From NCBI GenBank assembly GCA_963758515.1, contig CAVWVO010000001.1:201511-265510 (forward strand): 64,000 bases of DNA. The letters run 5' to 3'. Source of the stretch: an uncultured Actinomycetota bacterium. GTDB taxonomy: Bacteria; Actinomycetota; Acidimicrobiia; Acidimicrobiales; Bog-793. The position numbers and the translations under genes are program-made. The notes beneath the pieces were generated by a model. It had not been told where the DNA came from and did not search any database. It saw only the letters and a list, made by a program, of their open reading frames with translations. Shown piece after piece: positions 19,351 through 29,235 of this stretch; the stretch's first letter is position 1, and each line of letters begins with the position of its first letter.

Positions 19351-20221
19351 GTGGCGACCTACCTCGACGGCATCCTCGCCTGGCACCACGCCCGCGCCGC
19401 CGGGGACGGCCGCGACGTCGGGCGGCTGAGCGAGGAGGCCGCCTCACGAGGCGCCGCAAGGGACTTCTCGGGCGAGCTGGCGCGGCGCAGTGGCCGCCGT
19501 CCGGGCGCCGGAGCGGCCGCTCATCTTCCGGCGGTGATCGCCGAGGTGAAAAGGCGATCGCCCTCGAGGGGGGAGATCGACCTCGATCTCGATCCGGCCG
19601 CCGTGGCGGCCGACTACGAGCGGGGCGGGGCGGCCTGCCTGTCGGTGCTGACCGACGGGCAGTTCTTCGCCGGCTCGGCTGCGGATCTCGTCGAGGCAAG
19701 GGCCGCAACGTCGCTCCCCGTGCTCCGGAAGGACTTCACCGTCTGTGAGGCCGACGTCTGCGACGCCCGCTTGATGGGCGCCGACTGTGTCCTTCTCATC
19801 GCAGTGGCGCTCGACGACGACTCTCCTCCTCCGCTTGGCTGCCCTCGCCCGATCGCTCGGGATGGACGCCATCGTCGAGGTGCACGACGAGACCGAGGCG
19901 GCGCGGGCGCTCGCCGCCGGAGCGTCGATCATCGGGGTGAACCAGCGGGACCTCACGACCTTCGAGGTCGACCGCGGGCGGGCCGAGCGGGTGTCTGAGC
20001 AACTACCGGGCTCGGTCCTCAAGGTGGCCGAGTCAGGCATCTCGACCCCCGAGGAAGCCCGGCGGCTCGGGGATGCCGGCTATGACGCCGTGCTCGTAGG
20101 CGAGGCGCTCGTGCGGAGCGCCGACCGGGCGGCGGCGGTCCGCCGGCTCGTCGGGCCGGGCACCGCCGAGATGGTGGTGCCCGCTGCGACGAGGCTCGGG
20201 ACTGGGCGAGGAGCCTCGTGA
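19351..20221 (+). CDS. trpC: Indole-3-glycerol-phosphate synthase; frame break near 19820-19823
   Basis: Track ORF 19351..19998 (...[13 protein letters not shown]...[12 protein letters not shown]...LPVLRKDF...[15 protein letters not shown]) continues in 19787..20221 ([25 protein letters not shown]...[11 protein letters not shown]...AESGI). Confidence 0.85.
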
Positions 20222-20228
20222 CACCGTC

Positions 20229-20885
20229 ATGTGGGTGAAGATCTGCGGCATCACAAGTGAGGAGGACGCCCTCCTCGCGGTGGCGATGGGAGCCGACGCT
20301 GTCGGTTTCATCTTCGCCCCCTCCCCACGGCAAATGAGGCCGTCCGACGTTCACGCCATCGTCCGCCGGCTTCCTCCCGAGATACTCACGGTCGGCGTGT
20401 TCAAAGATGAACGGGCACAGAGGGTTGTCGAGGTGATCAACGAGACGAGGCTGAAGGCTGTCCAATTGCACGGCCACGAGAGCAGGGCGGACTGCGGCTA
20501 CGTCTCGGTACGGGTGCCTGTCATGATCAAGGCGTTCGTCGCCGGAGACGAGCGCCTCGAGCGCGCCGAGGAGTACGGCGCTGACATCATCCTGCTCGAT
20601 ACGCCTTCGCCCGGATCGGGCAAGGTGTTCGACTGGAGGCTGGCCGAGGGGGCGCCCCGGAGCCGGAGGATCGTCCTCGCGGGCGGCCTCGACGCCGGCA
20701 ACGTCGGAGAGGCGATCCGCACCGTGCACCCATGGGGCGTCGACGTGGCGAGCGGCGTCGAGTCGTCGCCCGGGAAGAAGGACCCGATGAAGATCCGTGC
20801 CTTTGTCCAGGCGGCGAAGGCGGCCGAGCCGGAGCCGTACGACTCCGACGAGCTCGGCCCATACGACTGGCAGGAGGAGTTTTGA
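20229..20885 (+). CDS. trpF: Phosphoribosylanthranilate isomerase
   Basis: MWVKICGITSEEDALLAVAMGADAVGFIFAPSPRQM...VQLHGHES...ILLDT...GSGKVFDW...VLAGGL...PWGVDVASGVES. Confidence 0.85.
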   Translation: MWVKICGITSEEDALLAVAMGADAVGFIFAPSPRQMRPSDVHAIVRRLPPEILTVGVFKDERAQRVVEVINETRLKAVQLHGHESRADCGYVSVRVPVMIKAFVAGDERLERAEEYGADIILLDTPSPGSGKVFDWRLAEGAPRSRRIVLAGGLDAGNVGEAIRTVHPWGVDVASGVESSPGKKDPMKIRAFVQAAKAAEPEPYDSDELGPYDWQEEF

Positions 20886-20926
20886 CCCCGCTTCGCAACT
20901 CGAGCACGTTCACGATCATCGGAGAG

Positions 20927-22094
20927 ATGATGAGGGAGCCGTCACGCCGCCGGGCGCTTCGGCGAGTACGGCGGCCGCTTCGTGCCCGAATCGCTCGTGC
21001 CGGCGTGCGAGGAGCTCGAAGCGGCCTTCCGGCAGGCCTGGGGCGACCCGGCCTTCCGCGGTGAGCTCGACCGGTTGCTCCGGGAGTACGGCGGCCGGCC
21101 GACTCCAGTGTGGCGCTGCCGCCGCCTGAGCGAGCACCTCAACCTGCGCGTGTTGCTGAAGCGGGAGGACCTCTGCCACACCGGCTCGCACAAGCTCAAC
21201 AACGTCATCGGCCAGGCCCTGCTCGCCAAGCAGATGGGCAAGACCCGGCTCATCGCCGAGACCGGGGCGGGCCAGCACGGTGTGGCGACGGCGACGGCGG
21301 CAGCTCTGTTCGGGATGTCGTGCCGGGTGTACATGGGCGCGATCGACGTCGCCCGCCAGGAGCTGAACGTCTTCAGGATGCGGCTTCTCGGCGCCGAGGT
21401 CATTCCGGTCGAGGCGGGCAGCCGGACGATGAAGGACGCGATAAACGAGGCGCTCCGCGACTGGGTGGCGAGCCTCGAGACGACGCACTACTGCCTCGGC
21501 TCGGTCGTCGGTCCGAACCCCTACCCCTTCATCGTGAGAGAGCTGCAACGGGTCGTGGGCGAGGAGGCCCGCGGGCAGTGCAGGGAGATGCTCCGCGCCG
21601 ACCCGGACGTCGTCGTCGCCTGCGTGGGCGGCGGCTCCAACGCGGCGGGAACCTTCGCCGGCTTCGTCGACTCGGGCGCCAGGCTCGTCGGGGTGGAGGC
21701 CGAGGGCGGGGCGGCGACGAAACGGGGCATCCCGGGCGTGGTGCATGGCATGCGGTCGATGTTCCTCCAGGACGAGGACGGTCAGATCCTCGAGGCGGAG
21801 TCGATCGCAGCCGGCCTCGACTACCCGGGGATCGGCCCCGAGCATGCCTTCCTCGGTGAGATAGGGCGTGCGGAGTACGTAGAGGCGGGTGATGAAGAGG
21901 TGTTGGAGGCGTTCCGACTGCTCAGCCAGCTGGAGGGGATCATCCCTGCCCTCGAGCCCTGCCACGCCCTCGCCTGGGTGATCCGCGAAGCGGGACGGTC
22001 GATCCCCGCCCGCTCGAGCGTGCTCGTCACGTTGTCGGGCCGTGGGGACAAGGATGTCGACCTCGTCATGAGACGCCTGCATGGCCTCCGTTGA
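20927..22094 (+). CDS. trpB: Tryptophan synthase beta chain; frame break near 20944-20952
   Basis: Track ORF 20982..22094 (...[13 protein letters not shown]-Lys...ETGAGQHG...GGGSNAAG...). The conserved [13 protein letters not shown] upstream has no in-frame start. ATG 20927 (MMREPS) sits one frame off, and removing one C joins them. Confidence 0.9.
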
Positions 22095-22945
22095 GGGCGG
22101 GCGGCCCGGAGCGGCCGCGGGGAGCCCTCCCGCTGGCGGCACGGCGAGGGCCGGGTCGGCGGCCGGGCGGGGATCACTCGAGGAACGGCTGCGCGGGCAG
22201 AGGTCAAAAGGGCGGAAGCTGCTCGTTCCCTACCTGACGGGCGGCCTCGGTCCGGATTGGGTGGCCTGCCTCGAAGCGGTGGCCGCCGCCGGCGCCGATG
22301 CGGTCGAAGTGGGTCTGCCGTTCAGTGACCCGATGATGGACGGCCCGGTGATCCAGCGGGCGTCGGTTCTCGCGCTCGAGGCGGGGGCGACGTCGCTCGG
22401 GATCATCTCTGCGGTCGGCACGGCTGACATCGGGATCCCCGTCGCCGTGATGAGCTACTACAACGTCGTGGCAAGGACGGGCCACCACCGGATGGCACGC
22501 CAGCTCGTCGAGGCCGGCATCGCCGGGACCATCGTGCCCGATCTGCCCGTCGACGAGCTCGACGGCTGGGGCGACGCCGCCCGTGAGGCGGGAGTGGAAA
22601 CGGTCCTGCTCGCCGCCCCGACGACGCTCGAGGCTCGTCTCAAGATGATCGGGGAGAAGACGAGGGGTTTCTTGTACGCCATCGGCCTGATGGGGGTGAC
22701 GGGGGAGCGGGACGAGCTCTCCGCCGAGCGCGGCGGAGACAGCTCGGCGTTGCAAGCAGGTGACCGACTGCCCCGTCCTCGTCGGGATCGGCATCACGAC
22801 CCCCGCCCAGGCCGTCGAGGTCGCAGCTGTCGCCGACGGCGTCGTGGTCGGTTCTGCTCTCGTCCGGCGGCTGCTCGAGGGCGGCGGCCCCGAGGACGTG
22901 GCGGAGCTCGTGGCTGAGTTCCGCGCCGCTCTCGACGTTGCATGA
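22081..22945 (+). CDS. trpA: Tryptophan synthase alpha chain; frame break near 22727-22733
   Basis: Track ORF 22081..22917 (...LVPYLTGG...[22 protein letters not shown]...YYN...[12 protein letters not shown]) continues in 22760..22945 (...[18 protein letters not shown]...[11 protein letters not shown]). Confidence 0.85.
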
Positions 22946-22975
22946 GTATGCGTATACCTGTATAGTCATGCTGTG
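22938..22975 (+). promoter_or_regulatory. Candidate sigma-A promoter of the arg operon (leaderless argC) overlapping ARG-box-like half-palindromes
   Basis: This is the only AT-rich patch for kilobases. TTGCAT (22938-22943), 17-nt spacer, TATAGT (22961-22966), then argC GTG at 22973. Two 18-nt units, tTGCATgagtATGCgtat and cTGTATagtcATGCtgtg, resemble ArgR operators, and argR is in the cluster. Confidence 0.45.
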
Positions 22976-23992
22976 AAGTGCGGACTGGTCGGTGCCACCG
23001 GATACCTCGGGGCAGAGCTGCTCAGGCTGCTCGCCGGCCACCCGGACCTCGACGTCACCGTCGCCCAGGCGGATTCGACGGCAGGCGCCCTGCTCGCCGA
23101 AGTCCATCCCGGGCTGGCGCAGGCCTACCCCGACCTACCCGTCGAGAGCCTCGAACCAGAGCGACTGAAGGGTTGTGAAGTGGCCTTCGTCGCCCTGCCG
23201 TCCGGGCTGTCCCAGCAGGTCGTGTCGTCAATCGCCGGCAGCGTCCGGCTCGTCGTCGACCTCGGGGCTGACTTCAGGCTTCGCGATCCGACTCTCTACG
23301 CGACTTGGTACGGCTTTGCCCACTCATGTCCCGAGCTGATCGCCACCGCCGTCTACGGGCTGCCCGAGCTGTACCGTTCCGAGCTCCGTGGCGCCTCCCT
23401 CGTGGCGGCCCCGGGCTGCTACCCGACAGCCGCCGCCCTTGCTCTTCAGCCGCTCGTCGCTTCGGGGCGGGTCGATCGCAGCGGCATCGTCGTCGATGCC
23501 GCGAGCGGCACGTCGGGCGCAGGCAAGAGCCCCGCTCCGGCACTGCACCATCCGCTCGCGAACGAGCGTTTCGCGCCTTACGGGCTGCTCACCCATAGGC
23601 ACACCCCGGAGATGGAACAGGTGATCGGTGCCGAGGTGCTCTTCACTCCCCACCTAGCCCCGATGTCGCGGGGGATCCTCGCCACTTGCTACGCCCGGCT
23701 TGCGGCCGGCGGCGAGATGGCGACTGATCAACTGCTCGACGAGCTCCGGGAGCGATACGCCGACGAGGCGTTCGTCCATGTGACCGACGGGCTCCCTTCG
23801 ACCTCGGACGCCTACGGCTCGAACGTCTGTCATCTGACTGCGCGCTCCGACCGGCGCACCGGTTGGGTCGTGGCCATCGCGGCGATCGACAACCTCGTCA
23901 AGGGAGGTGCGGGCCAGGCGATCCAGGCGGCGAATATCGCCCTCGGGCTGTCGGAGACCTCCGGGCTGCCGCTCGCGGGGCTCTCGCCGTGA
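22973..23992 (+). CDS. argC: N-acetyl-gamma-glutamyl-phosphate reductase
   Basis: MKCGLVGATGYLGAELLRLL...AAPGCYPTAAALAL (active-site Cys)...IDNLVKGGAGQAIQ. Confidence 0.9.
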   Translation: MKCGLVGATGYLGAELLRLLAGHPDLDVTVAQADSTAGALLAEVHPGLAQAYPDLPVESLEPERLKGCEVAFVALPSGLSQQVVSSIAGSVRLVVDLGADFRLRDPTLYATWYGFAHSCPELIATAVYGLPELYRSELRGASLVAAPGCYPTAAALALQPLVASGRVDRSGIVVDAASGTSGAGKSPAPALHHPLANERFAPYGLLTHRHTPEMEQVIGAEVLFTPHLAPMSRGILATCYARLAAGGEMATDQLLDELRERYADEAFVHVTDGLPSTSDAYGSNVCHLTARSDRRTGWVVAIAAIDNLVKGGAGQAIQAANIALGLSETSGLPLAGLSP

Positions 23993-24858
23993 TCGCGGGC
24001 GAGCTGACGTCAGCGGTGAAGGCGGCAGTGCTGTGCGACGCGCTGCCCTACATCCGGCGCTTTTCCGGGCGAATCGTCGTCGTCAAGTACGGCGGCAGCG
24101 CCATCGCCGGCGAGAGCGAGATGCTGGCGCGCTTCGCCGAGGATGTCGTCCTGCTGCGCTCGATCGGCATCTGCCCGGTCGTGGTCCACGGGGGCGGTCC
24201 TCAGATCGGCGCCCTGATGGAGCGCCTCGGCAAGGTGCCTGTGTTCCGCGACGGGCTGCGCGTGACGGACGCCGAAACCCTCGACATCGCCCGGATGGTC
24301 CTCGTCGGGAAGATCAACCGGGACATCGTCGGGGCGATCAATGCGCACGGGCCGCTCGCCATCGGGATGTCGGGCGAGGACGCCGGCTTGATCAGCGCGG
24401 CGCAGCGGGACCCGGCTCTCGGCTATGTCGGTGACGTCATCGCCGTCGAGGCGTCGATCCTCCGCCGGCTCGTGGCGGAGGGACTCGTTCCCGTCCTCGC
24501 CACGATCGGTGCCGACGCGAGCGGGCAGGCGTACAACATCAACGCCGACACCGTCGCCGGCGCCGTCGCGGAGGCGCTCGGCGCAGAGAAGCTGTTGTTC
24601 CTCACCGATGTCGAGGGCATCCGTTCGAACCCGGCTGACGCCGGCTCGCTCGTCGCCGATATGTCACCCGCCGACGTGGACGCCCTCATCGCGTCCGGCG
24701 TCGTCTCCTCCGGGATGATCCCGAAGGCGACCGCCTGCGCCCGTGCGGTCCGCCACGGCGTGGCCGCTGCCCACATCCTCGACGGCCGGGTCACTCACTC
24801 ACTCCTTCTCGAGCTGCTCACATCGGATGGCGTCGGATCGATGGTGGCTGCCCCGTGA
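23989..24858 (+). CDS. argB: Acetylglutamate kinase
   Basis: GTG 23989 (GTGA overlap with the argC stop) inside track ORF 23863..24858: ...IVVVKYGGSA...PVVVHGGGPQI...YNINADTVAGAVA...LTDVEG. Confidence 0.9.
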   Translation: MIAGELTSAVKAAVLCDALPYIRRFSGRIVVVKYGGSAIAGESEMLARFAEDVVLLRSIGICPVVVHGGGPQIGALMERLGKVPVFRDGLRVTDAETLDIARMVLVGKINRDIVGAINAHGPLAIGMSGEDAGLISAAQRDPALGYVGDVIAVEASILRRLVAEGLVPVLATIGADASGQAYNINADTVAGAVAEALGAEKLLFLTDVEGIRSNPADAGSLVADMSPADVDALIASGVVSSGMIPKATACARAVRHGVAAAHILDGRVTHSLLLELLTSDGVGSMVAAP

Positions 24859-26006
24859 CCCTGATGAACACCTACGCCCCCGTCCCGGTGACCTTCACGC
24901 GGGGCGAGGGGACCATTCTTTTCGATGACGCGGGCCGGCAGTATCTCGACTTCCTGAGCGGTATCGCGGTCACCTCGCTCGGCCATGCGCACCCTCGGGT
25001 CGCCAACGCCGTCGCCCGCCAGGCGCTCCGGCTCGTCCACGTGTCGAACCTCTTCGGCAACGAGCTCGCCGCGCCCTTGGCGGCGGCGATCGACGAGCTG
25101 ATCGGTGACGGCAAGGAGGCGGGCGGGGGGATCTTCTTCTGCAACTCGGGTGCTGAGGCCAACGAGTGCGCCATCAAGCTCGCCCGGCGTGTCGCCGGAT
25201 ACGGTCGCTACGCAGTCGTATCGGCCTACGGCTCGTTCCACGGCCGGACGCTCGCCACCTTGCACGCCACTGGCCAGCCGGACAAGCACGAACCGTTCCA
25301 GCCTCTGCCGGAGGGCTTCCGGCACGTCTCCTACGGCGACATCGACGCCCTCGCGGCGGCCTGCGACCCGACAGTGGTGGCGGCCGTGCTCCTCGAGGCG
25401 ATCCAGGGCGAGGGTGGAGTGGTGACGCCGCCGCCGGGCTATCTCGAGGGGGTCCGGCGGCTCTGCGACGATCGCGGCATCCTCCTCATCCTCGACGAGG
25501 TCCAGACGGGCCTTGGCAGGACCGGCCGCTGGTTCGCCTTTCAGCACTCTCACATCCGGCCGGACATCGTCACGATCGCGAAGGCGCTCGGCAACGGGAT
25601 GCCGATCGGGGCGTGCTGGGCGGGAGCAGGCGTCGCGAGCGCCTTCCGACCGGGCGACCACGGGAGCACTTTCGGCGGCCAGCCGCTCGCGTGTGCTGCG
25701 GCGCTCGAAACAATCGCCATCCTGCGGGAGATCGACGCGCCGGCGCGGGCGGAGCGCTTAGGCAGCCGGCTGGCGGCAGGCCTCGGGGAGATCGCCGCCG
25801 TCGAGGAGGTCCGCGGGGCCGGACTGTTGAGGGGCGCCGTGGTGGGCGGTGCCGCAGACGCCAAGAGGGCGGCGGCGGCAGCGCTCAGGCGGGGGCTCGT
25901 CGTCAACTCGCCCGTGCCGGGCGTCCTGCGCCTGGCGCCCCCGATCACAGTCTCGGAGGACGAGATCGACGAGGGTGTCCGGATCCTCGCGGCGGTGCTC
26001 GCGTGA
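24855..26006 (+). CDS. argD: Acetylornithine aminotransferase
   Basis: ...FFCNSGAEANECAIKLAR...LLILDEVQTGLGRTG...DIVTIAKALGNG (PLP-Lys)...GSTFGG. Confidence 0.9.
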   Translation: MTLMNTYAPVPVTFTRGEGTILFDDAGRQYLDFLSGIAVTSLGHAHPRVANAVARQALRLVHVSNLFGNELAAPLAAAIDELIGDGKEAGGGIFFCNSGAEANECAIKLARRVAGYGRYAVVSAYGSFHGRTLATLHATGQPDKHEPFQPLPEGFRHVSYGDIDALAAACDPTVVAAVLLEAIQGEGGVVTPPPGYLEGVRRLCDDRGILLILDEVQTGLGRTGRWFAFQHSHIRPDIVTIAKALGNGMPIGACWAGAGVASAFRPGDHGSTFGGQPLACAAALETIAILREIDAPARAERLGSRLAAGLGEIAAVEEVRGAGLLRGAVVGGAADAKRAAAAALRRGLVVNSPVPGVLRLAPPITVSEDEIDEGVRILAAVLA

Positions 26007-26524
26007 GAGAGACGCCTGACGTCGACCGCCGCCCCGTCGGAAAGCCGCGGCGCCAGCACGTGATCCAGCGGTTGCTGGTCGACAACCACGTCACGAACCA
26101 GGAGCAGCTCGTCGAGCTGCTCGCAGCCGAAGGACTTGCCGCCACACAGGCCACGGTCTCGCGGGACCTCGAGGAGCTGGGGGCGATCAAGGTCAGGGTG
26201 GCCGGCGCGGAGCGAGCCGTCTACGCGGTCGCCGAACTGCCGAAGGACCAGTTCATACCGACTGATCACCTCCGACGGGTGCTCGGGGAGTGGGTCGTCG
26301 ACCTCGCCTGGTCGGGCAACCTCGTCGTCTTGCGCACTCCTCCCGGCTCTGCCCATGTCGTGGCGTCCGCCCTCGACCGGAGCAGCCTCGACGGCGTCAT
26401 CGGGACGGTGGCCGGCGACGACACGGTTCTTGTCATAGGGGGCGAGGGGAGCGGGTCGGCACTTGCCGGCAACCTTTCGGACCTGGCGGGGGACGGGCGG
26501 CCGGTCACGGGGGGATCCGGTTGA
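26003..26524 (+). CDS. argR: Arginine repressor
   Basis: GTG 26003 (GTGA overlap with the argD stop) in track ORF 25166..26524: ...RQHVIQRLLVDNHVTNQEQLVELLAAEGLAATQATVSRDLEELGAIKV...IGTVAGDDTVLVI. Confidence 0.85.
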   Translation: MRETPDVDRRPVGKPRRQHVIQRLLVDNHVTNQEQLVELLAAEGLAATQATVSRDLEELGAIKVRVAGAERAVYAVAELPKDQFIPTDHLRRVLGEWVVDLAWSGNLVVLRTPPGSAHVVASALDRSSLDGVIGTVAGDDTVLVIGGEGSGSALAGNLSDLAGDGRPVTGGSG

Positions 26525-26576
26525 CTGAAGCAGTGAGGTGTCTTGCGGCGCGAGGCGCCGGGAAGGAGTCTGTTAG

Positions 26577-27851
26577 ATGTCACGTCGCGTAGTGCTCGCC
26601 TACTCCGGAGGCCTCGACACCTCAGTCGCCGTGCACTGGCTCAGTGAGGAGCTCGGCTTCGAGGTCGTCGCCGTCGCGGTCGATGTCGGCCAGGGCGGCG
26701 ACCTAGGCCCGTTGCCGGAGCGGGCCTTGGCGGCCGGGGCTGTCGATGCTGTCGTGGTCGATGCCCGTCACGAGCTCGCCGCCGACGTCATCCTTCCCGT
26801 GCTCGCCGCCAACGCCCGGTACGAAGGGCGGTACCCACTCGTGTCGGCTCTCTCGCGGCCGGTGATCGTGCGTCACCTCGTCGCCGAGGCCCGCCGGCAC
26901 GGTGCGGTCGCCGTCGCCCACGGCTGCACCGGGAAGGGAAACGACCAGGTGCGCTTCGACGTCGCCACCCGGGCGCTCGCGCCGGACCTGGAGATCGTCG
27001 CCCCCGTGCGGACGTGGGGCATGACGAGGGAGCAGACGATCGACTACGCGGAGAAGCACGAACTGCCGATAACCATCTCCCGCGACCGCATCTACTCGAT
27101 CGACGAGAACCTGTGGGGCCGCTCGATCGAGTGTGGCATCCTCGAGGATCCATGGGCGGCGCCGCCGGCGGACATCTTCACACGGACCGTGCCGACGGCC
27201 TCCGAGGAGATCGAGCTGGTGGTGGGCTTCGAAGCCGGGGTGCCGGTCAACCTCGACGGCGAGGCTCTCGATCTGGTGGAGCTGATCGGGAGGCTCGACC
27301 GGGTCGTCGGCTCGTTCGGCATCGGGCGGGTTGACATGGTCGAGGGCCGCCGCGTGGGGATCAAGAGCCGGGAGGTCTACGAATGCCCGGCCGCCGTCGC
27401 GCTCATCGCCGCCCACCTCGACCTCGAGGGTCTCACCCTCGAGCGTGAAGTAGCACACGAGAAGGCGAGGATGGAGCCGCGTCTTGCCGAGCTCGCCTAT
27501 GACGGGATGTGGTTCTCGCCCCTTCGGGAGGCGGTCAGTGCCTTCATGAGGAGCACGCAGCGCCACGTCACCGGTGAGGTGCGCCTGCGACTCACCCCCG
27601 GCGGGGGGATGGAGGTAGTCGGCCGGCGGAGCCCGCTCGGGCTCTACGACTACGGCCTCGCGACGTACGATTCGGCCGACTCGTTCCGCCATGAGGATGC
27701 CGAAGGCTTCGTGCGGCTCTTCGGGCTCGGCATCCAGACCTGGGCGGGGCGGCAGGGTGGCGTCTCTGGCGCCGGGACCGGTCCCTCGGGCGGTGACGGC
27801 AGGCGAGCGGCCGGTGAGACCGAAGCCTCGGGCGGTGGCACCGCTTCATGA
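26577..27851 (+). CDS. argG: Argininosuccinate synthase
   Basis: VVLAYSGGLDTSVAV...AHGCTGKGNDQVRF...SIDENLWGRS... Confidence 0.9.
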   Translation: MSRRVVLAYSGGLDTSVAVHWLSEELGFEVVAVAVDVGQGGDLGPLPERALAAGAVDAVVVDARHELAADVILPVLAANARYEGRYPLVSALSRPVIVRHLVAEARRHGAVAVAHGCTGKGNDQVRFDVATRALAPDLEIVAPVRTWGMTREQTIDYAEKHELPITISRDRIYSIDENLWGRSIECGILEDPWAAPPADIFTRTVPTASEEIELVVGFEAGVPVNLDGEALDLVELIGRLDRVVGSFGIGRVDMVEGRRVGIKSREVYECPAAVALIAAHLDLEGLTLEREVAHEKARMEPRLAELAYDGMWFSPLREAVSAFMRSTQRHVTGEVRLRLTPGGGMEVVGRRSPLGLYDYGLATYDSADSFRHEDAEGFVRLFGLGIQTWAGRQGGVSGAGTGPSGGDGRRAAGETEASGGGTAS

Positions 27852-29235
27852 CGTTGTGGTCTCACAGGATGGGCGCGCCGCCCGCCCGGGAGATGATGGC
27901 CTTCACGGCGAGCCTCTCCTTCGACCGCCGGCTCGCCCCCTTCGACATCGAGGCTTCCGTCGCTCATGTGCACGGGCTCGAGCGGGCAGGGATCGTCAAC
28001 GAGGCCGAAGCTCGGCTTCTCGTCGGGGCGCTTCGCCGTGCCGGCGACGAGATCGCCGCCGGCACGTTCGAGTTCGAGCCGGGCGACGAGGACATCCACA
28101 CGGCGATCGAGCGCCGCGTCCGGCAGCTGGCCGGCGATGCCGGCGCCAAGCTCCACAGCGGGCGGAGTCGCAACGACCAGGTGGCGACGGCGCTTCGCCT
28201 CTACGCCCGGGAGGAACTGGTCCGGATCGCCGACCTCGTGCTCCAGCTGCAGCGGGCTCTGGAGCGGCGGGCGACCCAGGCAGGCCAGGCGTACCTGCCG
28301 GGGTACACCCACATGCAGCGCGCCCAGCCAGTCCTTCTCGCCCACTACCTCCTCGCCCACGGGTGGGCACTTGCCCGCGACATCGACCGGCTGATCGCCA
28401 CTGTGGAGCGCCTCGACGCTTCCCCCTCGGGGCCGGTGCCCTCGCCGGGAGCTCTCTTCCGCTCCTGCCCGACGAGGTGGCCGCCGAGCTCGGGATGGCT
28501 GGGCGCTGCGAGAACTCACTCGACGCGGTGAGCGACCGCGACTTTGTCGCCGAGGCCCTCTTCGACATCGCCCTCCTCGGCGTGCACCTGTCGGGCCTCG
28601 GCGAGGAGATCGTCATCTACTCGACGGAGGAGTTCGGCTTCTTCCGTCTCGACGACGCCTGGGCGACGGGGAGCTCGATGCTGCCCCAGAAGAAGAATCC
28701 TGATGTCGCCGAGCTCGCCCGGGCGAAAGCGGGGAGGCTCGTCGGGCACCTGACAGGTTTCTTGACGACGTTGAAAGGGCTTCCCCTCGCCTACAACCGC
28801 GACCTTCAGGAGGACAAGGAGCCGCTGTTCGACTCTGCGGACCAGATCAGCCTCGCCCTCGTCGCGATGCAGGGCCTCATGACCACCGTCGCGTTCGACA
28901 CCGAGACTATGCAGCAGGCGGCGAACGGCCCGGCTCTTGCAGCCGTCGATCTGGCAGAGTGGCTCGTAGGCCGGGGGGTGCCGTTCCGGGACGCCCACGG
29001 CATCGTCGGGGCACTCGTGCGGGAGTCGCTGGAGCGCCGGGTGCCACTCGCCGAGCTGATCGAGTCGCATCCCGCTCTCGGTGAGGAAGCCCTCAGCCTG
29101 CTCGAGCCGGGTGTGGCGCTCCGGAACCGCCGTACACCCGGAGGCAGCGGCCCGGAACCGGTGGCGGCCCAGCTCGAGCAGTTCCGCGATCAGCTGCTGG
29201 AGGATTCCGAGCGGCTGGCGGCACGCCGCCGGTGA
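27848..29235 (+). CDS. argH: Argininosuccinate lyase; frame break in C5 run 28422-28426
   Basis: Track ORF 27848..28531 (...LHSGRSRNDQVATA...GYTHMQRAQP...ERLDASP) continues in the 27691..29235 frame (LGAGALAGSSLPL...GSSMLPQKKNPDVAEL...). Adding one C restores DASPLGAGALAGS. Confidence 0.85.
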
